Position numbers and translations under genes: made by a program
DNA from: Phoronis australis
Lineage: Eukaryota; Animalia; Phoronida
Assembly (NCBI GenBank): GCA_002633005.1
Contig: NMRA01000046.1
Span: 180,510 to 244,509, forward strand
Reading direction: 5' to 3'
DNA: 64,000 bases
Part shown: in pieces, positions 39,443 through 53,597 of the stretch
Position numbering within the stretch: the first letter of the stretch is position 1
Layout: each line of letters begins with the position of its first letter
The notes under the pieces: generated by a model
Database searches by the model: none
The model's input: the letters and a program-made list of their open reading frames with translations, nothing else
What the model was told of the DNA's origin: nothing

Positions 39443-41390
39443 ATGAACTCTGCTTTGATTGCTGCAGGAATTCTTGTCTTTGTCTGGCAGGTATAGGTCT
39501 AATTATTAATAATGTTTGTGCGAATTAAAATCTCATCGTCATAATTATCATAAGAAGCTGACAATGAATTCACCAAATATATTTAAAATATACAGTGTAG
39601 GAGCCCGGCTCCACGAAACTTCTGATCTCGGATTTGTCATTTGAGCCTTACTTTAATAACGCTTAGACTTAGTTATGTTTTGCCGTGCCATTTTGACGAT
39701 CATTTGATACTCAAGATCGGTGTGAACAATTCCCTGAGACCAATAAAATCTTCATGACTCTCACACAGGTATCAGCTGCGCCAGAAGTCGACCAAAAAAT
39801 TAAAATTGATGTTCGAGTCAAACATGAATGTACGACAGCAGCCGATTGTGAGGACGGGCAATGCTGCAAACTTGACTACACAGGCATTATCGCAAGCAAA
39901 AGACAAATAAATATTAGAGAGCCGATTAGTGAGTATTCAACTCCATTAGACTATTGTCATCTCGACTCATCCACTAATAACTGTTCCAGTTCTGAAAGTT
40001 AAAGTTGTCATTAACTGTCAGAAAATAACTTAAGACTGTTTCAAAAACTCGCCTCAATTTGTTCCTTGCTGAGTTTAAAAGTGATTTCTGGACTTCTGAG
40101 ACAGTAATTGCTCGAAACAAACATCTTGATTTGTCACAACGGGTCAGTTTTTTGCGCTTTTTTAAAAAAAGCTGATTAGTGACTCGAGTTACCTAACCTG
40201 ATCTCAAACACTCACGAAGAGTCAATATTTTCAAGCCAAGAAATCACAATTTTGAAAAGTGACTGGTTTAAATAATAAAAATAATATCTCGACTGTCGAC
40301 AGAGGTAATGCAAAGTGAAGTGCCAAAACTCGACGTGTCCGGTCAGCTTTAATTGTGGGGTGTAGTACACTGGCAAAAAATCTGCTCTCCCAGTGAGAGT
40401 TTTCGTACCTAAAATCGTCTCCCCAAAACATTGTCGTGTCCGTGTATTTCTTATGTTGACTTCTATGAACAACATATTTCTTAAACCCGCCTTCCATCGC
40501 AAGAAGTTTGATTTAGACCATTTACTGTACAGTTATGAAATTGGTCTCAAAATACTGTTTGGTCAAATTGCCTGTGATTTCAAGACTTGAAGGGAAGCGA
40601 CAGTTCGTAATTTCTTGAGACGAAGCTCACGTTGGCTGTCACAGAATGAAATTTTATAAGACAAGCGTCTCAAGAAAAACGAACAAGTTCCAGTTTGCAA
40701 ACCCAGAAACCACTTTCCATCTGAGTAAAGAAGAAGTTGTGACCTCGGAACTAACTGGAAAACATTTTTGGATAACATGTTGTTAAACCGTACCTTTAAG
40801 GCGATTTTGAAATTAGCGGCAAACCCCCACTGAACAAGATTGAAATATTACATTGCACTGACCCGGCTTTGTGTTCAGAGTTACATCGAATACTGAATTT
40901 GAGTTAGAATTTCAGTAGTGTTTTATATAGAAGAAGTGTAGTGTAACTGATAATGGGTTAAACATATCTTATAAGGGGGTTGGAAAACAAGGGGTCCAAT
41001 CTATAGTACCGACCAAATGTATACGTGCAGGCAGTCTAACTGGTAACGGGTTAATCAAATACTATAACAGCCGGTGTTGGAAACTAAGCGGTCCAAACCA
41101 TAAATGCCGACCAAATGTATACTATGCTTGGAACCCACCGGTCACTGGATCAGTCATATTTCGGATAGAGATTACAATGCTTTAGCGTCGTTGCAGGGCG
41201 CTGTATGGACTATATCCCAGAAGGTGGCAGGTGTGGTGGAATGAACTTTCGCAAGTGTGGGTGTGTGAAGAATACGAAGTGCACCAGACTACCGGACCCG
41301 ACTAAACCACTTGTTACTAAGATTCCATCGAAGAGGGGCCTTGCAATGAAAATAATGCCGGGGACTTACAAATGCGTCGGAGCAAACTAA
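39443..41390 (+). CDS. Secreted 10-Cys prokineticin/colipase-fold (astakine/MIT-like) peptide precursor, ~133 aa
   Basis: Exons 39443-39490 (signal peptide MNSALIAAGILVFVWQ), 39769-39928, 41197-41390; phase-consistent. Cys frame C-x5-C-x4-CC...C-x9-C-x7-CGC-x5-C...C; no N-terminal AVIT. Confidence 0.8.
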
Positions 41391-42469
41391 ATCTGCACGA
41401 CCGACATGAACATAGATGTGTGACGAAATCACAGTGCAAATAATTGACACCTTTAATAGTAATCTAAAAAATAAAATGTAATACATTTGGCATATACGCA
41501 TTTAAAAGAACAACTTTGTTTAACGACTCCTACGAGCAGCCCGTGGATTGAGGATGTGCTCGTAGGATGATGCTTGTCATTTAGGTAAGTTAAAAACAAA
41601 AGTAACAATAACAAGATTCCCACGCAATACTACCAGCAAACTTTTGTCGAAATGGAAACTAAAACGCAAATTTTATAGTAGACAGCAATAACACAGTAAA
41701 ACATTAACTACACAATAATACCAATAAGGAGTAACTCCCCCCCAATTTCTACACACATATATTTAGGCAACTGTGGAGGAAAAATACTGGCACAGAAATT
41801 GTGCTGGGCAATATTGATTAGTTATGCAGACACTCAATTGAAATCGTAAAAAATGAACTTTAAGTTTCCATAGATAGTTAAGCACTTAAGCACTAGAAAT
41901 AAACATGAAGTTAATTCGATCCGCAACCTTCCGTAACACCAATAAATCTGGTCGGCCAATTGGACAGCTCCTTGAAATGGAAATCAGTACTTTGGTGCTT
42001 GAGTCACAGACGATCAGTGCAAGCAAGATGCAGTCACTCTGCACATGAAAATCTAGCGCTATTAATTAAACAACATAACAGTGAAAGACAACAATAAAGA
42101 GCTCATGTCGGTCAGAAGGATATCAGAGCAAAAAATCTGATGAAAATTACAAAACCTAAAGCAATGACAAGCTTAAATGTATACCAAAGCCTGTTTTCAA
42201 GATTATAACCAATCCTTCAGTGTTCTGACACCTGCTAATGCATCATTGGCGTCAATCTTCTAAGTCAAAGGCAAGAATCAACTAAAAACTCATACCCCCT
42301 ATGTCACAGATTGGACATAATGGTCCTTAGTGGATGGTCTAATCCCACATTTTCCGTATAATTCGCTAAAAGCGTTGGTCTCGCTTGTCCGTTTAGCATG
42401 AAAGGCGTTTTTAAATTTTTCTCCCGGCAAACTTTTAATTGTTGTCGATAGCTACAAAGCATTATTTTG

Positions 42470-44134
42470 TTTCAGAGAACTGGATGGGAAAGTAGTTTGT
42501 GTTATCTGTCAAAACCGGGTTTGGTATCTTTTTACATACCAAAAACCAATAAGGGTTTGGATTTTTGTCAGGATATATTGGCTTTCGAAAGGATCCGATG
42601 CATCAGGAATACGCAGGTACGAACTTAATCTGAGTTCAAATCCTATCAAAATTAAAGAAAATAAAGCGGTGACAAGATTACACAAACAAGCCAATAAAAA
42701 GTTGTTTTATCAAGAAATTATGTGTTTCTAAAGGCTTCGAGCTATCGGTAATATACCAGAAAAATTTCATGGAAATCTGACCACAGTTACGGGAAGTGCA
42801 GTAAGAGTGAGAGACGAGCTGGTTCAGCATACGCAAGATGACGGACACTACAGAGCATACCTCATCAGAAAACTGCCTATCTGGAATTGACGGGCGTAGG
42901 CCTATACAAACAGTAATCGAAAAGAGTCGTCCAAACACGTTCCAAATAGTTAATTTACGACTGACTGAAGGCAGGTACTTTATTGCGCCCTTTTCACAAT
43001 CGTAAATTGCCGTATTTAAACTAATTAACGTCTACGCGTTAAAAGTGACTGCATCAGCCTGAGATTTGTGCAAGATGGGAATGCCGAATAATGAATTCTA
43101 TATGTTTGTTCTTCATAACAGTTGATTTCGAACAAAACAGTCACAGACAGCAATATCCCACGCTTGATGTTTTGTGGGAGTTGCGTACACAATAGCATTT
43201 TAATTGCATATAGATGGGTGAAAAATGGAATCGAAAAACTCACATCGTAAATAATTTGGTCGACCTCTGATGAGAAGACGAGGAGTTACACCTAGAAGAA
43301 CATTTCTCTATACATTCATGCGAGAAATTCAAGTATAACTTCAGAATCTCATGAGCGCCAAATCTGAATTGGGTTTGTCGTATATCTGTAATTATACGTA
43401 ATCCACCATCGACAGAAGCTCGTGTTCGGATCACACAACTCTGGCTAGATAATGGTTCTAAAAGGCTCAGGGGTAATCACCAATGTACATTCATTGCGCC
43501 ATAAAAATCTTGGTTTAAGTCGCGTATAATTTGTAAAATATATACATGTAATAAGAGCATGCCAAACGTATGTCATCATAAATGTTCTCATATATTTTCT
43601 TATTATTTGTTTTGAATATATAGCCTAAACAACGCATATCATGCTTTCCGAAATCGATACCAAAATAAGATTGGCTTGGGTAAGCCGGATCACGCTAAAC
43701 TCGTCATCATACTCATTGGGAGTGTTTCTTGGTGTCAAGACCCTTATTAACTGATTGAGTAGCGAATCTGGGAATACCCTTCGACGGAGGCTAAATGATT
43801 GTTGTGTTGTTTACCGGCAACACTCGCAGGCAGGCCAGATGTTACACGCACTTTTCCATCGAAAATTATGCCCCACAAGCGTATTTTCGGAAAATGTTCG
43901 GTGTACCGACGTTTTGAAAACTTGATGTATTTCATTCTAAATGCGTATATAACATGTTTTGATGTAAAGTTGTTTATTTTGGCAAGGATGGCGCCGCGAT
44001 CACTACCAATGACTGTCCTTTAACGATTTGTAGGTAACTTACCGTACTAGCACAATACGAAGTTTTAACGACATGGTTTCCAAAATACGCCCCCCCCCCC
44101 TTCAAACTTCCGAAAATGCGCTTACGCATTACTG
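42470..44134 (+). mobile_element. Possible fossil hAT transposon (degenerate transposase)
   Basis: Remnants ELDGKVVCVICQ, KASSY, YIHCA and WVSR in order; hAT-like end at ~44090-44134. Very degraded. Confidence 0.3.
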
Positions 44135-45696
44135 AGGTTTCATTTGACGTTTTAGCTAAAAGGCGTTTTCCGATTCCGACTAAATTGCCGGTACCTATAT
44201 TGTAGTTAGCAAGCCATGATGGTGCGTTTGGTCGGATTGTTTTCTAAAGTCGAATTAACATTCCTGCATAGACTTCTAACAACCTCATCGACGGTGTTTG
44301 CGACAGGCCTTTCATGAGGCATCCGTCGTTAGGAATGAACGACCCATAGTATTTCAAGGGCGGTCGAATAGCACCGTCTCTGACAATATGCGCAACGGCT
44401 ACTGGCACTTCTTAAGTGTATCTTTTGAAAAATCGATAAACACTTCGCGATATGAGAAACGAAGAAGAAATTCAGCACAGAACAGTCTCTGGGGGAAGCA
44501 CGGAATGACACCATTAGTAGGCCTATGCTATATCCCCGGGCGGCCGGCCTGGGGCGTCGGGGAACAACACTGATTTTGTAAGTACTTCGAAAACGGGCCT
44601 GATACTAGGCCTACAAGCACAAATTTCAGTGCTGACTTGTCTAGGAAATACTAAATTGTCACGATCAGAAAAGATCTTTCCTTTCTAGGTTAAACGATTC
44701 AAAACCATTCGTGCATAAACGGACTAAAACATGACATTTAATTCTCCTTAGTTTTTACCACTGACTATGTCACACTAACGTATATAGTACCAGAGTAAAC
44801 GGGAATAACCTATACACTATTCTCCTTAGTCATAGGCTCGTGAAAGACACAGCCGCAACATGAAATGTTCTCAACTTTTCAAAGAGTCCAGGTAGCCAAC
44901 TAATCTACTACACGTCGCAGCAAAGTCTGTTCAATTCCCCAGCAACCATCCAGTTTACGTTGTGTACAGTAGCACGGGCGTAAGCAGGGTGTAGGAAATG
45001 TTACAAAAAGGACTTATGTCCTCGTAATTTACATGCCACCCTGACATTACCAACCAAGCTACTCAGCAACACAATTATGACAAAGACCTTAAATTGTATT
45101 GTTGACTAGTACCCTGGAAATCCAGGGTGGCAGCAACACCTAGTTTTTTTTGGTATCTTTTAAAAGGATGAACAACGACTGCAGTAAACTCTACGTTGCA
45201 ATTCATTTATTATCTGGGAAAGAACAATATGAATATATGTATGAGTGAATAATTGTGACTACAGTACATAATGTTTATAAACCCTTTGATCAGAAAACAT
45301 ACAATAGTTTTCAAATTCGGCCCACGCAAAACCGCAACTAAACATCTATTTTTTCGACTAGAACTCGTTTCAATTCTGACTAAATCTCAACAAAATCTCG
45401 ATAGGTATTACTTAATGGACGTAGTTGAAATTGCAGCCACTTACTGCGCAAGTCCATTCAAAAACGATTAGCTGCTAGGCAAACTAAAGTCAACGTAAAC
45501 TCTGAGAAAAGATCGATTAAACCGCCAAATACTGAATTTTGGCAATAACCTTATCCAAGTTTAACAGAGTTCTGTCGAAAGTACCTCTAGTTTATTTTGA
45601 AACCTACCGTATATGCTTGGCTAATTAAGCTATGAATTATATACTGTATGTGCACCTTACCATAATTGAGTACAGAATAAATGGACAGAATATTAA

Positions 45697-48078
45697 CTAT
45701 TGCTGTTTTTTGCTGTTATTGAACAGTCTCTGAAGACTACAGGGCCAAGGTAAGGGCCACAAGAAAACATTAGGAACAGCACCACAACACTTTGACTCAA
45801 AAAAGACAAACAAAGGAAAATTTATTCTCGTTTTCATTTCATCAGCCGTTGCTAAAGTTCTATTGTTGGCAAGTGTGTGATAATAAACAAAAAGTCTGGA
45901 GCTGATGTAGAAAGCTATGAAGACATCAATGGAGTAGTGCTCGTGAGCAGCCAGTATAAAGAATATTCCAAACATGTTGAGAACCCAGGTGAATGTGTGA
46001 AGGTAATACAGACGTCGGGATGTGTCTGAAAATGAAAAATGAAAGATACTTCAACTTAACAACCAGAAAGGTTATAATGTACACTTATGATTCTCTATTT
46101 CCCACGTATGCCCCTGTTGACACTTATATTTCACTCATTACTTTTACTAGGTGTGCAAGTATACACGCGTGTACATGTGCACAGTAGTTTGACAGTAGTT
46201 TTGTCTAATAAGCCTGCACACTACTTACACTCTGTTATGAAGAAGTTTAGCAGTGTAAGACACACAGTGTGACCACTAAACATGTAGTCACCACAGCTCC
46301 TGGCTCCTCGTAGGGACATTCCAAAACATTTCCATATTTCAACAGCTCTCCAAAACTGGGACACTAAATCTTTGTTTTGCTGAAAATGAAAATGTGAAAA
46401 AGTTACAGATTTGGAAAGTAGAACTATTTAAAGAAAAAAGTTCTAGACTTGGAATGACCAATGACAAAAAAGAGTAAAATTTTCCAAGTGAGTGTCATTC
46501 CACAAATAGGCTTGTGTGATAGAAATATATTTTGAGTTGTAAAATTTAACTCAAAAAAACATTTTTGCATGAAAAAAGTCAAAATGATGATAAAAAAGAG
46601 ATGAACAAAGAGGAAAATGGAAACCAAATAAGAGGAAATCGAAACCAAAAAAGATGAAATCCTCTTAAAAGGGTATGCTTCAAAGTTTCAACCCAAACTC
46701 AAACGAGTCCATGGTTTTGAGTTGAGCTTGCATACTTGTGTGGTGAAGCACTTCGTAGAGTAAACAAACCCATTTTTACATTGCGCTCCATGGAAACCAA
46801 CCAAAATGCTGCTTTTAGCAAGTAGGTGGCAAAAACAGCACTTCATAGTAAATTTATGATGTCACTATGTGAAAGGTGTTGGGTTATTTGGACACAGCCG
46901 AATATTTTAGATTATTCATAAAGATAGCTGTTATCCCTCGGATCTCAACTTCACAGTGCTGCTGATACCGAGCTGCTTGGTGATAATAATAATTTGAGAT
47001 TGTAATGGCTTCAATTGAAATAATTCAAGAACTTCAGTTTCCTTTGTATCCAGAGTATACAAGGTGGTGGCTAAAACCATGGGTTCATGTATTAGTTTAA
47101 CACTTTAAACTTACATGAGGCTTGCAGTTTAAATGAACTCCAGGAACAGAAAGTGAAGTGATGAGCATGGTGACACACCGAAGGAGAAAGACTGTACCAC
47201 CAAGTGAAAAGAAGCGACGAAGAAGAATGAACCTACAAAATTACACTTCACGTACATGAAATGAAAACAGTAACCAAAGTTTTACATAGGAACATAAAAT
47301 AAAATCACTTTCGTGGAATACTTTGCAATAACAAATTAATTTTAAAACATCAAAACTTTTAGAATTATGTGTTACATTTGTAGTCACATGTCAACTAGTT
47401 TGGAAAAAATTGCAATACCATAAACTAATTTCATAGTAGCTTAAAAGTAGTTTAACATTCAAAGTTATGCTCAAAGCTCATGTCTCACCTATGCCTATGA
47501 AACAGTAGAATTAAGCCCCAGATGACACAAAGAGTAATGATGATCCCTTCACAAATATCAAAAGCCTTTGGGATCAGTGGCACATTGTCCAAAACCAAGT
47601 CTGGTAAGGGAGGATATCTCTCCATGTCAGGTACTCTATCATGAACAATCACCATGACAAAGGAAGTCAACAAGCACACTGCAAAAGCATAGATGAAGCT
47701 GAGAGCGGTTTTCCACAGTTCAGGATCAAGCTCTTCTGAAATATAACCATCTCCAGTATCTCTGTTTATTGACTGGAGGTCATCAGACCATGAACTAATA
47801 CTGCTCAGTTCCCGTCGACGGTATGCATGCTCTTGACTAAGTATGCCATTCTCCTTTCTTTGCTCCTTTTGAATGGTGTGAATAGCAAGGTACAATCTTT
47901 TAAGGTCTCCAAGAGGTGTCTCTATTAATATAGGTGGACTTCTTAAATCTGACTCCTTCAGCATCAGAAGTGCTTTGCCGTCAATTTTGTGAATATCACA
48001 TAATAAATTTGAATAGCTCCAAAACCCCTGGTCATTCAGCCAATCTCGAACCTGAGACACTGTCCACTTGTCAACCAT
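45697..48078 (-). CDS. SAMD8: Sphingomyelin synthase-related protein SMSr (SAM domain; ceramide phosphoethanolamine synthase)
   Basis: Exons 47489-48078, 47115-47232, 46229-46379, 45697-46025; phase-consistent. SAM domain (W..V..WL...[13 protein letters not shown]), [31 protein letters not shown] catalytic motifs intact. AG acceptor just before the ATG implies an upstream exon. Confidence 0.96.
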
Positions 48079-48704
48079 TCTGAAATATATGTTAATAAAG
48101 ATCAAAAAATGAGTAAATTAATCATACTAAATAACAGGCTCTATGAAATTTTGATGACTAACAATGTTGTCAGTAAGATAATAGCTCGCTCACATCTCCA
48201 GCCTTATTAGGCCAACTGGCACCGTTACCTGTTTCTTATGGCATATTAAGAGGACATGTGGATGGTACAGCCAATAGAAGACAGGATTCCCATCTGCACC
48301 ACTGCATCTCAGCGTGACAGGCAGAAGGTTTCCTTTCCATTATCCTCTAAGGGACCATTTTAGAAAATATACCCGTGGGTCAATTTGGAGGACCAATAGG
48401 ACATGTTTAGTTTTCGTTCATTTTTTTATTCAGTTTTTTAGGCGGCATCTCCCATGTATGATTTTTGTATGCAATTTTTGATCTGAATGATAACTGCATT
48501 TCAGTTAAACAAAAACAAAAAATCCTCTTAGGACCTGCATTTTCACAATAAGCAGTTGTTGAAAGCAAGCAAGTAGACTACATGGTCCCCAATAACTTGA
48601 GTGACAGTAACAAAAAAGGGGAAATTTTTAATGTGTCTTCACCCCTAGCATTTGGTCAGTATTCCCACTGAGTTACAATCGAATGAGATGCGTTATTCTT
48701 GTGG

Positions 48705-49872
48705 AAAGAGCAACGCGGAGCGTTGAAATGCATCCACGAATGCACCGCAAACAGTGTGCTTCTGGGGGTGTTTATTTGGAACATACAAATGGCCACTAGA
48801 TGGCACAAAATACGTCGAATTCATCTGAAAACTGGTATGTGCCATCAAAGCTATGTACCGAATTTCATAAAAATACATGAAGGAACTTCTGAGAAACCAA
48901 GGAAAATGAAAAAAAATGAAATTGTCACTAGGAGGCTATAGGCGCAAAAAACATTAGGCGCCACAGTAGATGAAGTCGTCAGAAAATGATCGTCAGGCTT
49001 TTTCTTCGCATTAGAAACATACATGCCAATTTCCACAACCATCCTTAGAGTGCTTTGGCTGCCAGAGGGACAGATGCCAAAAAGCAGACTCAAAAACAGT
49101 AACACTGACCTCTAGGTGACGCAAAATGCCTCGAATTCAACCGAAAACCGGATGACAGTGTCACTTCACAAATAGATGCTTATCTGCCAAATTTCATGAA
49201 AATCCGTTGAGGACCTTTGAAGATACAGACTGAGGTAAATGTAAAAAACTAAAATTGCCACTAGGGGGCACACTCAGATCTGTCCAACAGCAGTCGTCCT
49301 TTGTTGTCAGCTTCTTTATTAATACACCAGCAAAATTCAATAAAGATCCTGTAGAGCATTTAGGAGATACAGCCATGGGCGCAAAAACAAGCAATTAAAC
49401 TGCCACTAGGAGGCACCACAGTAGGCGAAGTCATCGGAAAGTCATCGTCACCCACCCTCTGCACTGTAAGAACATATGTGCTAATTTTCAAAATCATCAC
49501 CAGAGCAGTTCGGTAGATAGATGGGCAGACGCCAAAACCAGTAAAAATGGCCATTAGGTGGTGCAAAATACCTTGAATCCGTTCGAAAATGGGAGGATGG
49601 CATCATTTCACTAATAGATGCCTAACTGCCAAATTTTAGGAAAATCCGTTAAAGAAGATACAGAGGTAAGCGTAAAAAACTAGGGGATACACCAGTAGTT
49701 GCAGAGGTCTGAAATTTGTCGCATTGGTCGTCAGCTTCATAGAAACACATCTGTCGAATCCCATCAAGATCCTGTGAGGGATTTAGGAGATCTATACAGC
49801 TGCGGATGACAGACGCCCAGACAGAGATGACGGCAATATGCGACCACATATAAATATGAGGGCGCATAAAAA
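48705..49872 (-). mobile_element. Helentron-associated interspersed element (HINE/DINE-1-like)
   Basis: Reverse-complement homolog of 62564-63660: subterminal IR, CTGTCTC/CTGTC tract, internal tandem units, 3' hairpin CAACGCTCCGCGTTG. Confidence 0.7.
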
Positions 49873-51168
49873 GCGTGATTGCCAGCACAATTACACTGTG
49901 TCAATGAAAACCTTTGTTCACCCCCTATGACATCAAGCTCATTTAATGTATGGTGGTTCACAATTAATTTCATTTGAAGGAAGGGAACTTGTTGTTTGCG
50001 TAAGACGGATTTAAAGAATTGACATCTTCAAAAGGTTCTGTTCACGATGATAGATTTATATCATGCCAGTAAAAGGGTAAGTGTTTCTGTTTTCAACAGT
50101 ATGCTAGTTAAACCAGTTGCTGACCATAAACCTGATTTGCAGTCTTAAAGAATTAACACTTCCGTTCGAGGACTTCAGTCACCGTTTGAGTCATTGAGTC
50201 CATAGAGACATTGCTTTGCTCTATACAGACTCATCGAAGAGGCGTGTTTAAGAACTCCAGAGTTAAAAAGACGAATCGCATTTTTTAAGAGAAATGATTT
50301 ATTGTGATTAGTTTTTTCTTAAATTAAAAGTCATCATGGGATTGAACATGTCAGACTGCAGTACACCACTATTAATTTAACAACAAAACAACAAACGGAA
50401 TTGTGTCATTCATCATGTTTCCACAGGGCCGCTTTTCAATATACGTGACAAATTGGCAATTGACCTATCGCAAGCTCCGCCCCTATGCGAAAAGTCACGC
50501 GATACCCGACATTCGAACGAGATGTCAGAGGCAAATACACTGTCCCTAAAGGACGTTCCTGGTGGAATCGATGAGTGTTTTTGTACTATTTGAAAACGCG
50601 TCGACAGAGACAAGAGGCGATGCTTTTTTCAACAGTGAATCGTGCGTTCATGATATGGGAATTTGTAAGGGTGACGATGAAAAAATAAGTGCTGAACAGG
50701 AGCCAGCGAAAATCCGAAGAACCCTCGGCCTCGAGGCCACCTTCACTTGACAAATGACAAGGCCACTGATACGATATGTTCATGTAAAGCTGGGTATGTA
50801 CCTTAAAGTCGAATTATCTGTACGATTCCATAGATTTCATGATCTTTCGAATAAAATCAGTGAAGATTCACCGATATTTTTATTCTGTCGTCTGCTAAAT
50901 TTCGCCAAATGAAAAGTAGGTCACAACTGGTGGGAGTCTTGGCTGGAGTAAAGTACTAGTAGGTCATAGTTTACAGACAACACATGCACTGTAGTGTCTG
51001 ACAATGTCGACTCGATAGCATTGTTTACGCTTTTTTAATCTTGTAACTAAATATTTTGATATAAAAAATTCAGGTTCATAGCTCGGGTACACACTCATCT
51101 CGTCCTGGCCGAACAGTTAGCTCCGGTAGGTCTAGGGCTGTGTCTAAGTAAAATTAATGTCTGGAATT

Positions 51169-51487
51169 CAGTGGAGGATCTAGGATACCACAGGGGGAGG
51201 GGCAACATATATTGCCTCGTGGAATTGGGCAAAGTGCAATTGTATGTGCACAGGCGGCCCGAAAGTTGCAGGGGTCAGGGATGTAGACCGTTGGACCTTC
51301 TGTTCAGAAAATCTATCGGTGGACTAAAGAAACAGGAACACGATTCCGCCACGATCTGGGGTCTGAGCCCCCCTCTTCCGCTTCCGGTCCTAGTTACTGA
51401 ACTCAATATTTCCTCACGCTCTTGCTGTTTCATTTTGCTTGCGACAGCCAAGGGAGGTGGGCCCCGCCCGCCCTAAATCCGCCTATA
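51169..51487. mobile_element. Short copy of the 5-bp-TSD hAT-like family
   Basis: CAGTGGAGGATCTAGG ... CTAAATCCGCCTATA; GAATT at 51164-51168 and 51488-51492; right end matches the reverse complement of 34672-34770. Confidence 0.8.
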
Positions 51488-52029
51488 GAATTGTCCGTTT
51501 GCACCATTAAGACATTTAAATTAGGCCTACTTTCTTATGAACTTGGCATTTTTTTGTAGTTTCATTCCATAAAGGTAGCTTTCATTTAATTTTGAAGGTA
51601 GCATGATCACTAAGTCGTGGTATGGTTACAAAAGGTTACAAGTCTGATGTGGTAGTTGCAAAAATAGGGTATAGAGGTACACGTCAAAAAGTAATTCAAC
51701 AGTTTGGCAACAGCTCGACCAAGGCTTTGAGTTCCGGCAGTAATCCAGTGCCCTTCCCTGTGCCGATCGAATCTCTGAATTTTGAGAAGTTCAGTTGAAC
51801 GCCAGCTTACGGTTTATGAATAACAAAACTGTACCTCTGATACGAAACAAAATAATGCCCATTAGGTTGAAATAAATAAAAAAAATAAAATAAGATGTCC
51901 TGGAAAACAACAATTTCCGGGGACTACCGCTAGAGTGCTGAGATCCAGCAAGTGCCAAGACAAAGGCGGCCAGACGTAGTCAACTCGGGAGTCAAAATCT
52001 GAGATAGCCCTGCACCATAGCCACCAAGC

Positions 52030-52249
52030 TGAAAAGTGCGTATCTTGGAACTAATATACTTGTGCCTTCGAGTTATCAAGCAACATCGCCAAGTTCAACT
52101 GCTCGTGTGGCCATACAGTTTGATCCATAGTTTACGCTTTTCAACATCATTTTTCGGCTTAGGACATGCCAAAAAATGACGGGATATTATTCTGGAGCAG
52201 CATAACGGCTGTCGGTGCTACACACGTCATATCAACGCCGTTTCCTCAT
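52030..52249 (-). pseudogene. Degenerate THAP domain of a third type (transposon remnant)
   Basis: MRKRR*YDVCSTDSRY...PKPKNDVEKRKLWIKLYG..HEQLN...KYISSK resembles the C.SDSRY...FPKPK...W...GRPH..LN THAP subtype. Confidence 0.6.
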
Positions 52250-52767
52250 TCTTAGCGGACAATTTCTTGAGCTATAGACTAAAGTAAGTTTTACTCGACT
52301 GCGCGTGGTTTGTCTGGTAAAATGGCGGCTTGGAAATGCATACGAAGGTGTGCCAAGAATGCTGCGTTCTGATTGATCAATTGAGCCGTCCGTCATAATC
52401 CTGGCGATAGGTCAATTGCCGTTCATCTGTAACTCATCGGATAATTCCGTACAGACTCGCGTGGGACACGGGAGTTGCTCCGGACAGACTTTTTGGCAAG
52501 ATTTTTGTGATTTGACCACGAATTTCTTGCGATCTCGATGGAGCAGAAAACCGTAAATGGTATTGGGAGAAAGAACTATTCCTCATGGTTTGCTGAACTC
52601 CTGTTTTGTGTAAATTTATAGAGTTTTGTGCTTGCTATGGATGGCTGAAGTGAATCACCCATGGAATTTCTACTTCGGAGTGTCATACCTTGTAGTATTA
52701 TAGACTAGTGTATTGGGGAGGATCAGAAACTGTCTGAGGTCGAGGAGTGAGGACGCCTGGCCCTGAG

Positions 52768-52912
52768 CGTTTAGTAACGCTAGGACCTACGCTAACGCTA
52801 GGACCACGCTGAAATCTAGTCAAAGTCACGTATTATAATTCAATACACACGCTAATGTCTCATGTGATGTCGCGAAATCTTGATTTTTAGCGAGGTCCTA
52901 GCGTTACTGAAC
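52768..52912. mobile_element. Small foldback/MITE
   Basis: GTTTAGTAACGCTAGGACCT.CGCTAA ... TTAGCGAGGTCCTAGCGTTACTGAAC inverted repeat with an internal duplication of TAACGCTAGGACC. Confidence 0.65.
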
Positions 52913-53597
52913 AGAAAGCGGTAACAATAGTCAAATTAACATTGTCACGAACCTGACAGCAAAAACCACTTCCTTTTCCGGTTTACTTCTCCGATTATCG
53001 AAAAGTCGCATTAATTCGGGAATTAACAAAAAAAAAAGAAATAACGTATTTTGTTTCATTTTAAGTTCAAATATATCAGTTATTTTTCAAAATTTGTCAT
53101 AAACACAAGTTTTTGCAGGTTTATAATATTTTTATGCCCTGATGTTGCAAAGGCTACCCCGTACATCCGCATCTGCACTTACTTGTCTCAGGTCGCTTGA
53201 CGTAATATTCGCAGCAAACGTAAGTAGCAAAAGTTGTTATTTGATGCTTCGGCATTATTTAAGGTTCTGTTAAAATAATCGATGACAGAGAAAACGAGAA
53301 TCGGCTGTCATAGTCTGTGTGCCTAATCTGACTTTTGATCTAATGACCAGAACATGCATACAGTACTGACCTGCTAGCAGTGTGTGGTTCTCCGCCACTT
53401 CGTCCTTGGGCTTGGGCAGGCAATTGAAATCACCCGAGTGTGCCGTAGACACTCTCAGGCGATAGTGCACCTCGATAAAAAGTTACTCATCTCAAAGTAC
53501 AGCGAATTAAATATGCATGCACATATGCGTACATTGAGTTATAATTCAGACATACTCAAGTCCAAGACAATGTAAGTCATAGTTTGTACTAGTCTAG

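Noticed and set aside
40978-41125. Two-copy ~97-bp imperfect direct repeat in the peptide gene intron
   Set aside because: Ordinary local duplication with no sign of function.
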